A DNA stretch of 64,000 nucleotides from an uncultured Chloroflexia bacterium (GTDB lineage Bacteria > Chloroflexota > Dormibacteria > Aeolococcales > Aeolococcaceae). Positions 26,389-36,309 of this stretch are shown piece after piece. How positions within the stretch are numbered: the first letter of the stretch is position 1; every line of letters begins with the position of its first letter. Position numbers and translations under genes: made by a program. Below the pieces are notes generated by a model. The model was not told the DNA's origin. It did not search any database and saw only the letters and a program-made list of their open reading frames with translations. The stretch is taken from positions 23,489 to 87,488 of the forward strand of contig CAWCBS010000007.1 of assembly GCA_963793875.1 (NCBI GenBank), in the 5' to 3' direction.

Positions 26389-27915
26389 TCAGAGGACGGC
26401 GATCACGATCCCCAGCACCTTGAGCACGCCGAGGACCGCCGAGGCCACCGGGGCCGCGACCTCCGCCACCTTCTGGGCGGTCTGAATCAGGCTGGTGCCC
26501 AGGGCTCGCAGCGTCCCCTTCTTCGGCTCCTGCTTGCCACTCTCCTCGGTGAAGCTCTGAAAGGTCTCGGCGACCTCCTTGGCGGCGTCCGGGTCCTGCT
26601 TCGCGAGCGCCTGGACCAGCGCCGTGATGCTGTCGCGCAGCGTCGTCATCTGCTGCAGCAGCTCGTCCTGATCACCGCGGTTGGCGGCGAACGCATTGAA
26701 GCTGTTGCTGATCGTCTGGGTGCTGTCGATGGCGATCGGGGCGTTGATGTCACCGGCGTGAATGCTCTTGTCCACTTTCATCCCCTCCACGAGGTCTCCT
26801 CCGACGATGTTGATCTGGGGGCGGAGCGCATCCCGCTCGGCCGCGAAGGCCTCGGCCTTGCGGCGGATCTGCAGGCGCATCCCGTCCAGTCCCTGACGCC
26901 GACGGGCAACGATGTCGGCCCGGCTGACCGCTGCGCCGACGGCGTACGCGTCGCGCACCGCGGATGCCTTGAGGCCGTACTTGTAGGTGCTGTCCAGGAG
27001 CTGGGTGGCGCGATCGACGTACGACTCCAGCCGCTGCGCCGCATCCGATCCGGGGTGGAAGTCGAGCTCCCCATCGTCGACCCAGGTGATGATGCGGTCC
27101 AGCACCTCCTGCTCCGCGTGCATTCTCAGCAGGCATATCCGCAGGTTGCGATGCAGGTCGGTGTCCGCATTCGCCGCCGGCCCCAGATACCAGGTTGGGA
27201 TCTGGCTGTCGCGAACCCTGGCGAGCTCGAAGCCGACGGCGACGCGACCCTGGGTCACGGCACTGGCATCAACGAGGCTCGGCGGCAGGGCCACGCTGTC
27301 CTTGCCGATGAGGTCGACGATCACGGTCGGTGCGCCCGATGCCACCAGCCCGCGATCCCCGGACGGCCGCGGCGTGGACGCGGTGCGGAAACGGGCCGCA
27401 AGCCGCGGGCCCTGGCCGAAGAGGCCACCTGACTGGCCAGTTCCTGCCCGCGGAACCATCGCAGGGAGCCGCAGCACGCTGCCGACGGCCGCCCCGGCGC
27501 TCATGGGGACGGTCGACGTCGGCGCCGGCTCTACGCTGAACCCCACCTCGACGCGGGCCACGCAGGTGCCGTCGTGGAACAGGCGGCGAAAGCGGCAGGC
27601 GACGTCGAATGCCGAGGTCCCGTCGGCGGGCTGGATGCGACGCTTCACCAGGGAGGGCAGCCGAAGCGCGCTCGTCGCCAGTGCAAAGCAGGCCTCGTCG
27701 GTCCAGGCCGGGTCCGCCTCCTCCTTGCGCTCGACGACGCGGCCGAAACCCCAGACGAAGTCCCCGGCGACGCCCAGCCGGGGCGCCCGCCAGCTCGGGC
27801 GCGGGAGATACCCGCCCGGGACGTCGAGGAACCGGCGGGCGTCCGCGATGGGAAACTGGACGACGACGAGCACGAGCGGGGGACCCCCCTTGGGTCGAGG
27901 GCCGCGGGGGCGCAA
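26389..27915 (-). CDS. uncharacterised 508-aa protein
   Basis: Long coherent ORF; INIVGGDLVEGMKVDKSIHAGDINAPIAIDSTQTISNSFNAF motif and hydrophobic C-terminus; no family assigned. Confidence 0.7.
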   Translation of the reverse strand: MRPRGPRPKGGPPLVLVVVQFPIADARRFLDVPGGYLPRPSWRAPRLGVAGDFVWGFGRVVERKEEADPAWTDEACFALATSALRLPSLVKRRIQPADGTSAFDVACRFRRLFHDGTCVARVEVGFSVEPAPTSTVPMSAGAAVGSVLRLPAMVPRAGTGQSGGLFGQGPRLAARFRTASTPRPSGDRGLVASGAPTVIVDLIGKDSVALPPSLVDASAVTQGRVAVGFELARVRDSQIPTWYLGPAANADTDLHRNLRICLLRMHAEQEVLDRIITWVDDGELDFHPGSDAAQRLESYVDRATQLLDSTYKYGLKASAVRDAYAVGAAVSRADIVARRRQGLDGMRLQIRRKAEAFAAERDALRPQINIVGGDLVEGMKVDKSIHAGDINAPIAIDSTQTISNSFNAFAANRGDQDELLQQMTTLRDSITALVQALAKQDPDAAKEVAETFQSFTEESGKQEPKKGTLRALGTSLIQTAQKVAEVAAPVASAVLGVLKVLGIVIAVL

Positions 27916-28369
27916 TCAAAACTTGACCGTCCCGAAGACGGTCTCAGACCGCGCCGTCAGTCGAATGCCGCAGTCGCGACCCGCCAACAACTTTAGGGGC
28001 CGCCGGCCCGGCTGTCCAGGGACGCGGACCTGCACAGATCTGGTCCGGCCGCCCTGGCGTCCACGCCGCCCGTCGGCTCTGTCTCTGGGGACGGGCGCCG
28101 GACCGCGCTTCGACCGACCTGCAGGCAGCCACCGGCCCGCGCTGGGTCAGGTCGGGCGACGCGGGTGCTGCCTCTTCTGAGCGCGGAGCGCGACGGGGAG
28201 CTGCAGCAGCATCACCAGGGCTCCGGACACGACGAGCGCCGTCGTGATGGCGTGGCTGGGGCCACGGAACCCATGCGCCCAACATCACCAGCGCGAAGCC
28301 GGCGACGGAGAACTACCGCCCCAGCACGAACCAGCCGACGATGATCCCCACTCAGTCAGTCTGGCACGC

Positions 28370-29305
28370 TCACGGCGTGGGGAGCGAACTCCGCAGCGCG
28401 GCGATGAGCCAGTCGTAGGCGGGCCAGCGGCTCGGCTGCGGCGGCCATCCGTTGACCATCCCGATGAGCTGCCAGTACCGCTCGACCCGCCGGTCGCTGA
28501 ACCGCTCCAGCTGGGTGACGAGCTCGACGCGGTACTCCGGGCCGTCGGCTCGGCGGGCGGCACGGGCGAAGCGGCCGGCGAGCTCGTCGGCGATCGGCAC
28601 CGCGCCCGCGGAGGCGGGGTCGATGCCGGTCGCAAGGGCCGCCCCGGCCCTCTCGACGACCGCCTGGCCGGCCTCCTGGGTGGCGAGGTCCGTCGGGCTT
28701 GCCGGGGCCGCCGCTCGCTGGCGCTCGCCCTCGACGACCATCTCCCGCACCCGCCCCCGGAAGGAGACATCGCTCAGCAGGGTGGCGAGCTCGATCCAGG
28801 CGTCGATCTGGTCCTGCGACGGATCGTCCGGGAGCACGGGGAGCCTGTCCCGCATCATCGCGGCGAAAGGGTCCTGCTCATGATCGGCGAAGACGGCGGA
28901 GAGGAAGTCGTCCATGGTCCGGCGAGCCTCCTCGGCCGAGGCCCTGGCGAAGTCGGCCATGCGTCGTACCTCCTCCGGCCGGGAGAGCCCGCGGGCGATG
29001 GCTCGCAGCACTCCACGGCGCAACCTGAGCTGGCGGATGTGAGCGTCGGCGGCCTCAGCCTGGGCGGCCGCGACCGTCTCGATCTCGGTCACCCGATCGG
29101 CCACCCGGCGGGTGGTGGGGATGTCGAGCCCGAGCTCGCGCAGGGTGCGCATCAGCTCGAGCCGGGCGAGCGAGGTCTCGTCGTAGCGGCGGTATCCGGC
29201 GGCGGTCCGCCGCGTCTCGGGCAGGAGCCCGATGTCGCTGTAGTAGCGGATCGTCTTCACCGGCACGCCGCTCAGGCGGCTGAGCCCACCGATCGAGAGG
29301 TCCAT
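28370..29305 (-). CDS. MerR-family transcriptional regulator
   Basis: LSIGGLSRLSGVPVKTIRYYSDIGLLPETRRTAAGYRRYDETSLARLELMR. Confidence 0.93.
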   Translation of the reverse strand: MDLSIGGLSRLSGVPVKTIRYYSDIGLLPETRRTAAGYRRYDETSLARLELMRTLRELGLDIPTTRRVADRVTEIETVAAAQAEAADAHIRQLRLRRGVLRAIARGLSRPEEVRRMADFARASAEEARRTMDDFLSAVFADHEQDPFAAMMRDRLPVLPDDPSQDQIDAWIELATLLSDVSFRGRVREMVVEGERQRAAAPASPTDLATQEAGQAVVERAGAALATGIDPASAGAVPIADELAGRFARAARRADGPEYRVELVTQLERFSDRRVERYWQLIGMVNGWPPQPSRWPAYDWLIAALRSSLPTP

Positions 29306-29717
29306 GCCACGAGCATGCGGCCTCCAGTAAGTGGAGAGTCAAAGCCCGTCCGGGCACCCCGGCCGGGCCTGCCCCGGCTTCGGGTCCGATCCGGCCCGGC
29401 ACGCGGATCAGCGTCTCGTCACCCGTGATCCATCGCCGGCGGCAGCCCACCGATCCGAGACTGCTGGGCGAGCACCGGGAGTGGTGCCCGGGGCCGCAGC
29501 CGGAGACGGGGGACGGGGGGCGACAGCCCTCCGCTCGTGGCCAGCCGGCCTCAGCAGGTTCGCTGGCCGGCGCTGCGGCCTGCTCCCGCCCGGTCACCGG
29601 CTGGGCGGGCACCCCCGTGGAGCGCTCACCGACGGGCCCGCCCAGCGGGCCAACCCGCGCCCTGAGATCGAGCTCACCGCGTGTGACGATCTTCCATGAG
29701 GATGTGACGGTTCCGCG

Positions 29718-32297
29718 ATGCGGTTGCTCCGGGGCGGGGCCACGCTCTCCCCGATGGGGGCAGAAACGGCTGGCCTGCAACTCAACGTCCTCACGCACCT
29801 CGGACACCGCCTCCCCGGGGCCACCAGCCCCCAGAAGGCGGCCGCCGAGATGGTGCGGACCCTGGTTCGCCTGGGCGTCGCCGCCGCGGTGAGCACCGTC
29901 GAGGCCGACCAGGCCCTGGTGGTCGCCGTGGCCGCGCCGCGCCCCGCCGACGTCCAGCATGTGCTTCCCTCCGCCGCCCGAATGGTGGGCCTGCGCATTC
30001 CCATCGACCGCTTCCCCTGGATGAGCCGTCCGGTCCGGCTGCGCCGCGCCTACAGCGGCCCGGCGACCGGGATCGACACCCTGCGGACCCTCGCCCCCGA
30101 GAGCGACTCCTCCCCTCCCCTTCCGGGGCTGGGCCCGGGGATCCAGATCGTGGGCGTTCCGGCGATGGTCCACGACCAGGTCGTTGCCACCGTGCACGCC
30201 TGGAGCACCGAGCCGCTCGACGATCTGGTCCCCACCCTGGAGGCGGCAGCCGCCATGCTCGCGGCGGTCTGGGAGCCCGAGCGATCGGCGACCGCCGGGC
30301 GCTTCGAGGTGGGGACGGCACGGCGCGCGAACCCCCAACTGCGGGCCGAGCTCGCCGCCCTCATCGAGGACGGGAGGATCGCGACCGCCCTCCAGCCGGT
30401 GGTGCGCCTGGTCGACCATTCGATCGTCGGCTACGAGGCCCTCACCCGCTTCTCGCCCCGCGCCCTCTTCTCCACCCCCGACGAGCTGTTCGCCGCCGCC
30501 TCGGCGCTGCACATGGAGAAGGCGGTCGACCTCGCCTGCCTGCAGGCCGCGCTCAGCAACATGCCGAGCCTCGGCCCCGTCGACATCTTCGTCAACGTGC
30601 TGATCGGAACCCTGCTCAGCGAGCGGCAGGGCCTGAGCGCCCTGGAGGAGGCCGTCCACAACGCCGGGCTGGACCCATCGTCCGTGGTCCTCGAGTTCAG
30701 TGAGCGCGACCCGGTGCCCAACCTCTCGCGGCTGCAGCGGATCGCGGCCCAGCTCCGCTCCGCCGGCTACCGGATCGCGGTCGACGACGCCGGCGCCGGG
30801 CACGCCAGCATGCAGGTCATCGCCGAGCTCCGGCCGGAGTTCATGAAGGTCGACCGGGCCCTCATCCACGCCGTCGACTCGCACCGGGCCCGCCGGGGCC
30901 TGCTGGTGTCGCTGCTCTCCTTCAGCGGACACATCGGAGCCCGGCTCATCGCCGAGGGCGTCGAGACCCAGCGGGAGCTGGACACCCTGCTCTCCCTGGG
31001 CGTGCAGTACGGCCAGGGATGGATGCTGGGACGGCCGGTGCTCACCCAGTCGGTCGAAGGGCTGTCCGACGGCACCGTCATCGACCCGGGGTGGTTCACC
31101 CGCCACCGGGTGTGGCGGCTGCGCACCCCACCGGCCCCGCCCCTGGCCCTGCCCGAGCCCCCCGATCCGAGCGCCGACGGCGCCGTGGCACCCGACCTGG
31201 CCCGTGCCCTCAGCGACGCCGCCCAAGCCCTGCAGAGCGAGCACGACCCGATGGGCATCCTCGGGGTGATCGCCGCGCAGATGCAGCGGGTGGTGCCGGT
31301 CGCCGAGATGGCGATCTACATCGCTAACTACGAGACCCAGCGCTTCGTCCCGGTGCTCGCCACCGGGCCCGAGGGCGACGCCCTGCTCGCCGAGAGCTTC
31401 TCGCTGGACTCCGGGATCTCCGGCTGGGCCTTCGCCCGCGGCACGCCCGAGAACGTGGCCGACACCTGGTCTCACCCCGCGGCCCGCCAGGTCCCGGGGA
31501 CCTCGGTCGTCCAGGAGTCGCTGCTCCTGGTGCCGCTCATCGCCGGCGAGCGCAAGCTGGGCATCATCGACGCCTGGCGGATGGGGGTCGGCCGTTTCAG
31601 CGACGATGAGCTGGAGGCGGCCTCGCTCTTCGCCCATATCGCCGCCGCCGCCTGGCACAACGCCCAGCTCTACGCCGAGCTCCAGGCGGCGGCGGTCACC
31701 GATCCGCTCACCGGGCTGTACAACACCCGCTGGCTGCGCGACGCCGGGGAACGCGACCTCGCCTCCTGCTCCCGCGACCACACCAGCCTCGCCCTGCTGC
31801 TGCTCGACATCGACCATTTCAAGACGGTGAACGACACCAGCGGCCACGCCGCCGGCGACCTCGTGCTGCAGCGCCTGGCCACCCGGCTGCGGGGGTCGGT
31901 GCGCACCGAGGACGCGGTGGTTCGGTATGGCGGGGAGGAGTTCGTGGTCCTGCTGCGCCGCTGCGGTACCGCCGATGCGTTCACCATCGCCGAGACCCTG
32001 CGGGGCGCCGTGCGGCAGGTCGCGCTCCCGCCCGGCTGCCCACTCCCCAAGCTCACCGCCTCGATCGGCGTGGCCGCCTACCCCGACGACGGCACCGACC
32101 TCGACCTCCTGCTCGGAGCCGCGGACCGTGCCATGTACATGGCCAAGCACGCCGGCCGCGACCGGGTGATCTGTGCGCCCCCGCCACCACCCGGCGCAGC
32201 GGTGGTCGCCCTGCCCCGGCGGTCGGCCGCGGCCAGCCGACGGCGCGGGCGGGTGAGCGAGGACCGCGCCGCCCCCGCCGCCCCGTCGTACAGCTGA
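29718..32297 (+). CDS. EAL-GAF-GGDEF cyclic-di-GMP signalling protein
   Basis: EAL (IVGYEALTRF, VVLEFSER, VDDAGAG, LIAEGVET) precedes GAF-like and GGDEF (RYGGEEFVVLL) domains. Confidence 0.9.
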   Translation: MRLLRGGATLSPMGAETAGLQLNVLTHLGHRLPGATSPQKAAAEMVRTLVRLGVAAAVSTVEADQALVVAVAAPRPADVQHVLPSAARMVGLRIPIDRFPWMSRPVRLRRAYSGPATGIDTLRTLAPESDSSPPLPGLGPGIQIVGVPAMVHDQVVATVHAWSTEPLDDLVPTLEAAAAMLAAVWEPERSATAGRFEVGTARRANPQLRAELAALIEDGRIATALQPVVRLVDHSIVGYEALTRFSPRALFSTPDELFAAASALHMEKAVDLACLQAALSNMPSLGPVDIFVNVLIGTLLSERQGLSALEEAVHNAGLDPSSVVLEFSERDPVPNLSRLQRIAAQLRSAGYRIAVDDAGAGHASMQVIAELRPEFMKVDRALIHAVDSHRARRGLLVSLLSFSGHIGARLIAEGVETQRELDTLLSLGVQYGQGWMLGRPVLTQSVEGLSDGTVIDPGWFTRHRVWRLRTPPAPPLALPEPPDPSADGAVAPDLARALSDAAQALQSEHDPMGILGVIAAQMQRVVPVAEMAIYIANYETQRFVPVLATGPEGDALLAESFSLDSGISGWAFARGTPENVADTWSHPAARQVPGTSVVQESLLLVPLIAGERKLGIIDAWRMGVGRFSDDELEAASLFAHIAAAAWHNAQLYAELQAAAVTDPLTGLYNTRWLRDAGERDLASCSRDHTSLALLLLDIDHFKTVNDTSGHAAGDLVLQRLATRLRGSVRTEDAVVRYGGEEFVVLLRRCGTADAFTIAETLRGAVRQVALPPGCPLPKLTASIGVAAYPDDGTDLDLLLGAADRAMYMAKHAGRDRVICAPPPPPGAAVVALPRRSAAASRRRGRVSEDRAAPAAPSYS

Positions 32298-32730
32298 GAG
32301 CGGGGGCCGGCCGGCCCGACCGGGCCATCCCGCAGCTGCCCCACGGCTGCCGCGGTCCCGCCCCACCAGGCGGGCTGAGCAGCGTCAGATGACCCGAGCC
32401 CGGTCCCGGTGGCCCGTTGCAGCTGAGCCGCATCCTCTTCGGGCGCTGCGCTCCAGCCCGTCCGCCCGGGGAGGAGGTCACCCCGGTCGAGGCCCTGCCG
32501 GCGCTCTCCCTCGACGCGCTGACCTGGGTGGCGTACGGCCCCGGGGGCGGGTGGCCGCCACCGGGTGGTGGTGCTCGTCCCGGTGGCACCGGGCCCCCCG
32601 CGACCACCGGGACCCGGGCCTCTCCGCACTCTCCGGCGCAGCCCAACCTCCGGGTTGCCCGGCTGCCGCTCCCGCTCCGCCGGGAGGGGGACGCGGCGCC
32701 GTGGCCCGCGGCCGAGCGAGAATGCGCGCC

Positions 32731-33276
32731 ATGGCGGAGGGAACGGCGCTGCTGGTCATCGACATGCAGGAGGCGGTGCTCGCCCCCTGCGCCGGGGTCC
32801 CCGGGGTGGTGGCGCGGATCAACGCGCTGGTCGGGCGGGCCCGGCAGGCCGGCGTCCCCATCGTCTTCGTCCAGCACCAGGACGCCGGGGACCCGGAGAT
32901 GACCGCCGGCAGCCCGGGCTGGCGGATCGTCGAGAGCCTGGACCGCCGACCCGCCGACCCGGTGGTGGCCAAGCGCCACCGGGACGGCTTCGCGGCCACC
33001 GAGCTGGGCACGACCCTCGACGGCGTGGGCGCGCGGCGGCTGGTGGTCACCGGGGCGCAGTCGGACTTCTGCGTCCAGACCACTGCGCTCTCCGCCCTCT
33101 TCCACGGGTACGACCTGACCCTGGTGAGCGACGCCCATGCCACCGAGCCCGCCGCCCTGCCCGGCGGAGAGGTGTCGGCCGACAGCCTCATCGAGTTGAT
33201 CAATAGCCGCTTCGCGACACTCCGCCAGCCGGGGCGGACGATCGAGGTGGTGCCGGCGGCCGCGCTCGTCCTCTGA
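32731..33276 (+). CDS. isochorismatase-family hydrolase
   Basis: LLVIDMQEAVLAPC..., VVTGAQSDFCVQTTALSALF. Confidence 0.88.
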   Translation: MAEGTALLVIDMQEAVLAPCAGVPGVVARINALVGRARQAGVPIVFVQHQDAGDPEMTAGSPGWRIVESLDRRPADPVVAKRHRDGFAATELGTTLDGVGARRLVVTGAQSDFCVQTTALSALFHGYDLTLVSDAHATEPAALPGGEVSADSLIELINSRFATLRQPGRTIEVVPAAALVL

Positions 33277-33531
33277 GCGCCGGGAGGCCAATCCCGGGGC
33301 TGATCACGGCATTCGCGTCAGCAGTGACGGCTGCGCCGCCACGCCGACCGGCGGCGCGCGCCGGAGCGCTGTACAACCGGCGCGCGAGCGCTGTGGATCG
33401 CTGTTCGGGACAGCCCTGCCAAGCCGGGTTACGAGGCCGTACCAGGCTTATGATGGCCGTCTCGAATCACAGAGAGCCTGATGGACCATGACCCTCGACG
33501 GGGATCAATGGGTCATGCGTGAGGCGTTCCT

Positions 33532-36111
33532 ATGGCCATTGCGGCGAAGCCGGGCGAGCATCCGAAGATCGGGGTCCTCTCCCACCTGGTGGCAGGCACC
33601 TACACCGCCAACCTGATCGCCGGGGTCACCGCCGCGACCCGGGCGTCGGGGACCAGGGTGGTCGCCATCCAGACCCTGGACCTCGACTTCGGCGCCAATC
33701 AGGGGCAGCTCAACTCGTCGGTCCCGCGCGGCAGTCAGGACGGTGAGTACCTGGGCTGGCCTCTGGGCAGCGAGGCACTGGTGCCGCACTTCAAGGTCCG
33801 CGTCGCCTGGGAGCAGGTCGCCGGGTTCCTGGTGGTGGTCAACGCCGTCGAACCCTGGTACCTCCAGGCCCTCCGTGACGCCGGCAAGCCGGTGGTGATG
33901 CTGAGCCATGCCGTGGAGGGCTTCGCCTGCCCCGTCGTCCGCGCCGACAACCGCAACGGGATCCTCCAGGCGGTGTCCCACCTGGTGGAGCACGGGCACC
34001 GGCGCATCGCCTTCGCCGGGTCCATGGTCCAGACCGACATCACCGAGCGCCTCGCCGCGTACCAGGAGGCCCTCGCCGCCCACGGCATCCAGGCCGAGGA
34101 GGATCTCGTCTTCGAGGCCACCGACAACCTCGAGGGTGGGGGGGACTACGCGGCCAAGCAAATGCTGGCGGCCGGGATGCCATCGACGGCGGTGGTCGCG
34201 GCCACCGACTACAACGCCCTGGGGATCATGAGGACGCTCCGCGCGGCGGGTCTTCTCCTACCTCGAGACCAGGCCATCATCGGCTTCGACGACGTCCCCG
34301 CCGCCACGGCGTCGCAACCCACCCTCGCCACCATCCATCAGAGCTTCGAGGAGATCGGCCGCGTGGGCGCCACCCTCCTGCTCGAGATGCTGGAGGGGCA
34401 CGAGGTCCCGCCCGACCGCCATCTCGTGCCCGCGGTCCTGGTACCGCGCGAGTCCTGCGGGTGCACAGCCGCGGCGCGGATCCGGGACACCGACGATCTG
34501 GACTCGGTCCCCGCTCAAACGGCAGCCGAACGCCTGCTGCGCCGCCTCGAGCGACGCCTGGTCGAGGGCGAGGCGCCCACGGCGGAGCAGACCTCCGCCC
34601 TGGCGAGGGCGGTCGATGTGATCGTCGCCTGTCTGGAACCGGCGTCCGGCGACCCGGTGCCGACCGGCCTCGAGGAGGCGGCGGCCACCCTCTACTCGGT
34701 CAACCCGCGCTGGACCACGATCAGCGCTGTTGTCGCCTGCCTCCGGCAGTACCAGAAGGATCTCGGCAAGCGTCCCGGCCGCACCCAGGGCGCGGCCCGC
34801 CTCCAGCCGGGCATCACCGAGATGGCGATCGAGCTCTCCCGTTGCGTCACCCAGGGGGAGAGCGCCGCCCGGGCCGCCCTCCACGACACCATGACCCTGG
34901 ACCACGAGCTGAGCGTGTCGCTCCTGAGCGGCACGGCCGGGGATCCCAAGGCGCTGCTCTGGCTCTCCCACACAACGGCACGAGCCGGATGCCTCGGCCT
35001 CTGGTCCGCCGATCTCGCCGGCGGCGCTGAAGAAGCCAACCGCCAACTCGACGTCGCCGGCTTGTACCTCCGAGGAGGAGGTCGGCTGCGCCTGCCCGCC
35101 CAGACCCGCGTGGAGCAGTTCCCGCCCGACGGGCTCCTCGAGGAGCTGGAGTGGGGGCCCGGGGAGCTGGCCATCGTCTTCCCCACCAAGACGCCGAGCG
35201 TCGACCTCGGGCTGCTCGCGGTGGTGACCCCGCTCCGGCCGGCCGAGGAGTCCGGTCGCGACCGCCTCTTCGAGAACAACGCCCTGCTCAGCGTCTCGCT
35301 CGAACGCGAGGTGATGACCGAGCGGCTGCGCCGCTCCAACGCCGACCTGGCGACCTTCAGCCACGCCATGGCCCACGACCTGCGCAACCCGCTGGCGACC
35401 ATCTCGATGTGGGCCGCGGTGGCCCGGATGCGGGCCGGTCCCGGTGACGACGCGGGGCCCGTGCTTCAGGTCGTCGACCAGATCAAGGACGTGGCCGACT
35501 ACGCCAACGAGCTGGTCACCGACCTCCTCCAGTACGCCGAGCTGGACCGCGGGGTCAGCTCGGTGGAGCCGGTCGACCTCAACCAGGCCGCGGCCCGGGT
35601 GATCGCGACCATCGGCTCGAGCATCGCGCAGCACGGTGCGATGATCGAGACCGGCAACCTGCCGACCGTCCTCGGCCGGCCCGGCGAGCTCCAGGTGGTG
35701 CTCCAGAACCTCGTCGAGAACGCCATCAAGTACCGCGGCGATCAGCCGCCCCGAATCCGGCTCGACGCCGTCCGGGACGGGGGCGCATGGAAGATGAGCT
35801 GCCGGGACAACGGCCAGGGCGTCCCCCTCGACTCCCGCGAGCAGGTGTTCGAGCCGTTCACGCGCGGGCACAGCTCCCTTCCCGGCAGCGGGCTCGGTCT
35901 CGCCACCTGCCGTCGCATCGTGGAGGGCCACGGCGGACGCATCTGGATCGCCGCCAGCGGGAACCTGGGGACGACGGTGGCCTTCACCCTCCCCGCGATC
36001 CCCGAGCCGGATCCCGGCGCGGTCGACGCGCCAGAGACCGGGCCGCCCGCCGCGTCTGAGCCCGGCGACAGCGCCGAGGTGGGCCCCGACCGATCCTGGC
36101 ACGTGGCCTGA
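33532..36111 (+). CDS. histidine kinase with N-terminal LacI/PBP1-type substrate-binding domain
   Basis: PBP1-like IGFDDVPAATASQPTLATIHQ; HisKA FSHAMAHDLRNPLATIS; HATPase NGQGVPLDSREQVFEPF, GSGLGLATCRR. Confidence 0.9.
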   Translation: MAIAAKPGEHPKIGVLSHLVAGTYTANLIAGVTAATRASGTRVVAIQTLDLDFGANQGQLNSSVPRGSQDGEYLGWPLGSEALVPHFKVRVAWEQVAGFLVVVNAVEPWYLQALRDAGKPVVMLSHAVEGFACPVVRADNRNGILQAVSHLVEHGHRRIAFAGSMVQTDITERLAAYQEALAAHGIQAEEDLVFEATDNLEGGGDYAAKQMLAAGMPSTAVVAATDYNALGIMRTLRAAGLLLPRDQAIIGFDDVPAATASQPTLATIHQSFEEIGRVGATLLLEMLEGHEVPPDRHLVPAVLVPRESCGCTAAARIRDTDDLDSVPAQTAAERLLRRLERRLVEGEAPTAEQTSALARAVDVIVACLEPASGDPVPTGLEEAAATLYSVNPRWTTISAVVACLRQYQKDLGKRPGRTQGAARLQPGITEMAIELSRCVTQGESAARAALHDTMTLDHELSVSLLSGTAGDPKALLWLSHTTARAGCLGLWSADLAGGAEEANRQLDVAGLYLRGGGRLRLPAQTRVEQFPPDGLLEELEWGPGELAIVFPTKTPSVDLGLLAVVTPLRPAEESGRDRLFENNALLSVSLEREVMTERLRRSNADLATFSHAMAHDLRNPLATISMWAAVARMRAGPGDDAGPVLQVVDQIKDVADYANELVTDLLQYAELDRGVSSVEPVDLNQAAARVIATIGSSIAQHGAMIETGNLPTVLGRPGELQVVLQNLVENAIKYRGDQPPRIRLDAVRDGGAWKMSCRDNGQGVPLDSREQVFEPFTRGHSSLPGSGLGLATCRRIVEGHGGRIWIAASGNLGTTVAFTLPAIPEPDPGAVDAPETGPPAASEPGDSAEVGPDRSWHVA

Positions 36112-36309
36112 CCGACCTCCGGAGCCACCGATGGCGGCCCGCGAAGCGGTCTGGCGCCTCGCCAGCCACCCCGGGCGCGGGCTGACCCCCTGCCGGCGGC
36201 GCCGGGGCGAGGGTAAGATGGGGGGCAGGTACAAGACCCCGCTCTCGCGATCGGGCTCCCCCGGCAGGTGCGCGCCCGACCGTCGAGAACGGGCCAGGCC
36301 GAGGTCCCG

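Noticed and set aside
28156-28345. Possible small membrane protein on the minus strand (HAITTALVVSGALVMLLQLPVALRAQKR)
   Set aside because: The frame is broken by a stop and a shift within 60 codons and no start or partner is supported; too weak to call.
29055-32366. 1103-aa minus-strand ORF antisense to the EAL-GGDEF gene
   Set aside because: GC-frame artefact (third-position bias leaves antisense frames open); composition is Gly/Arg/His-rich with no domain.
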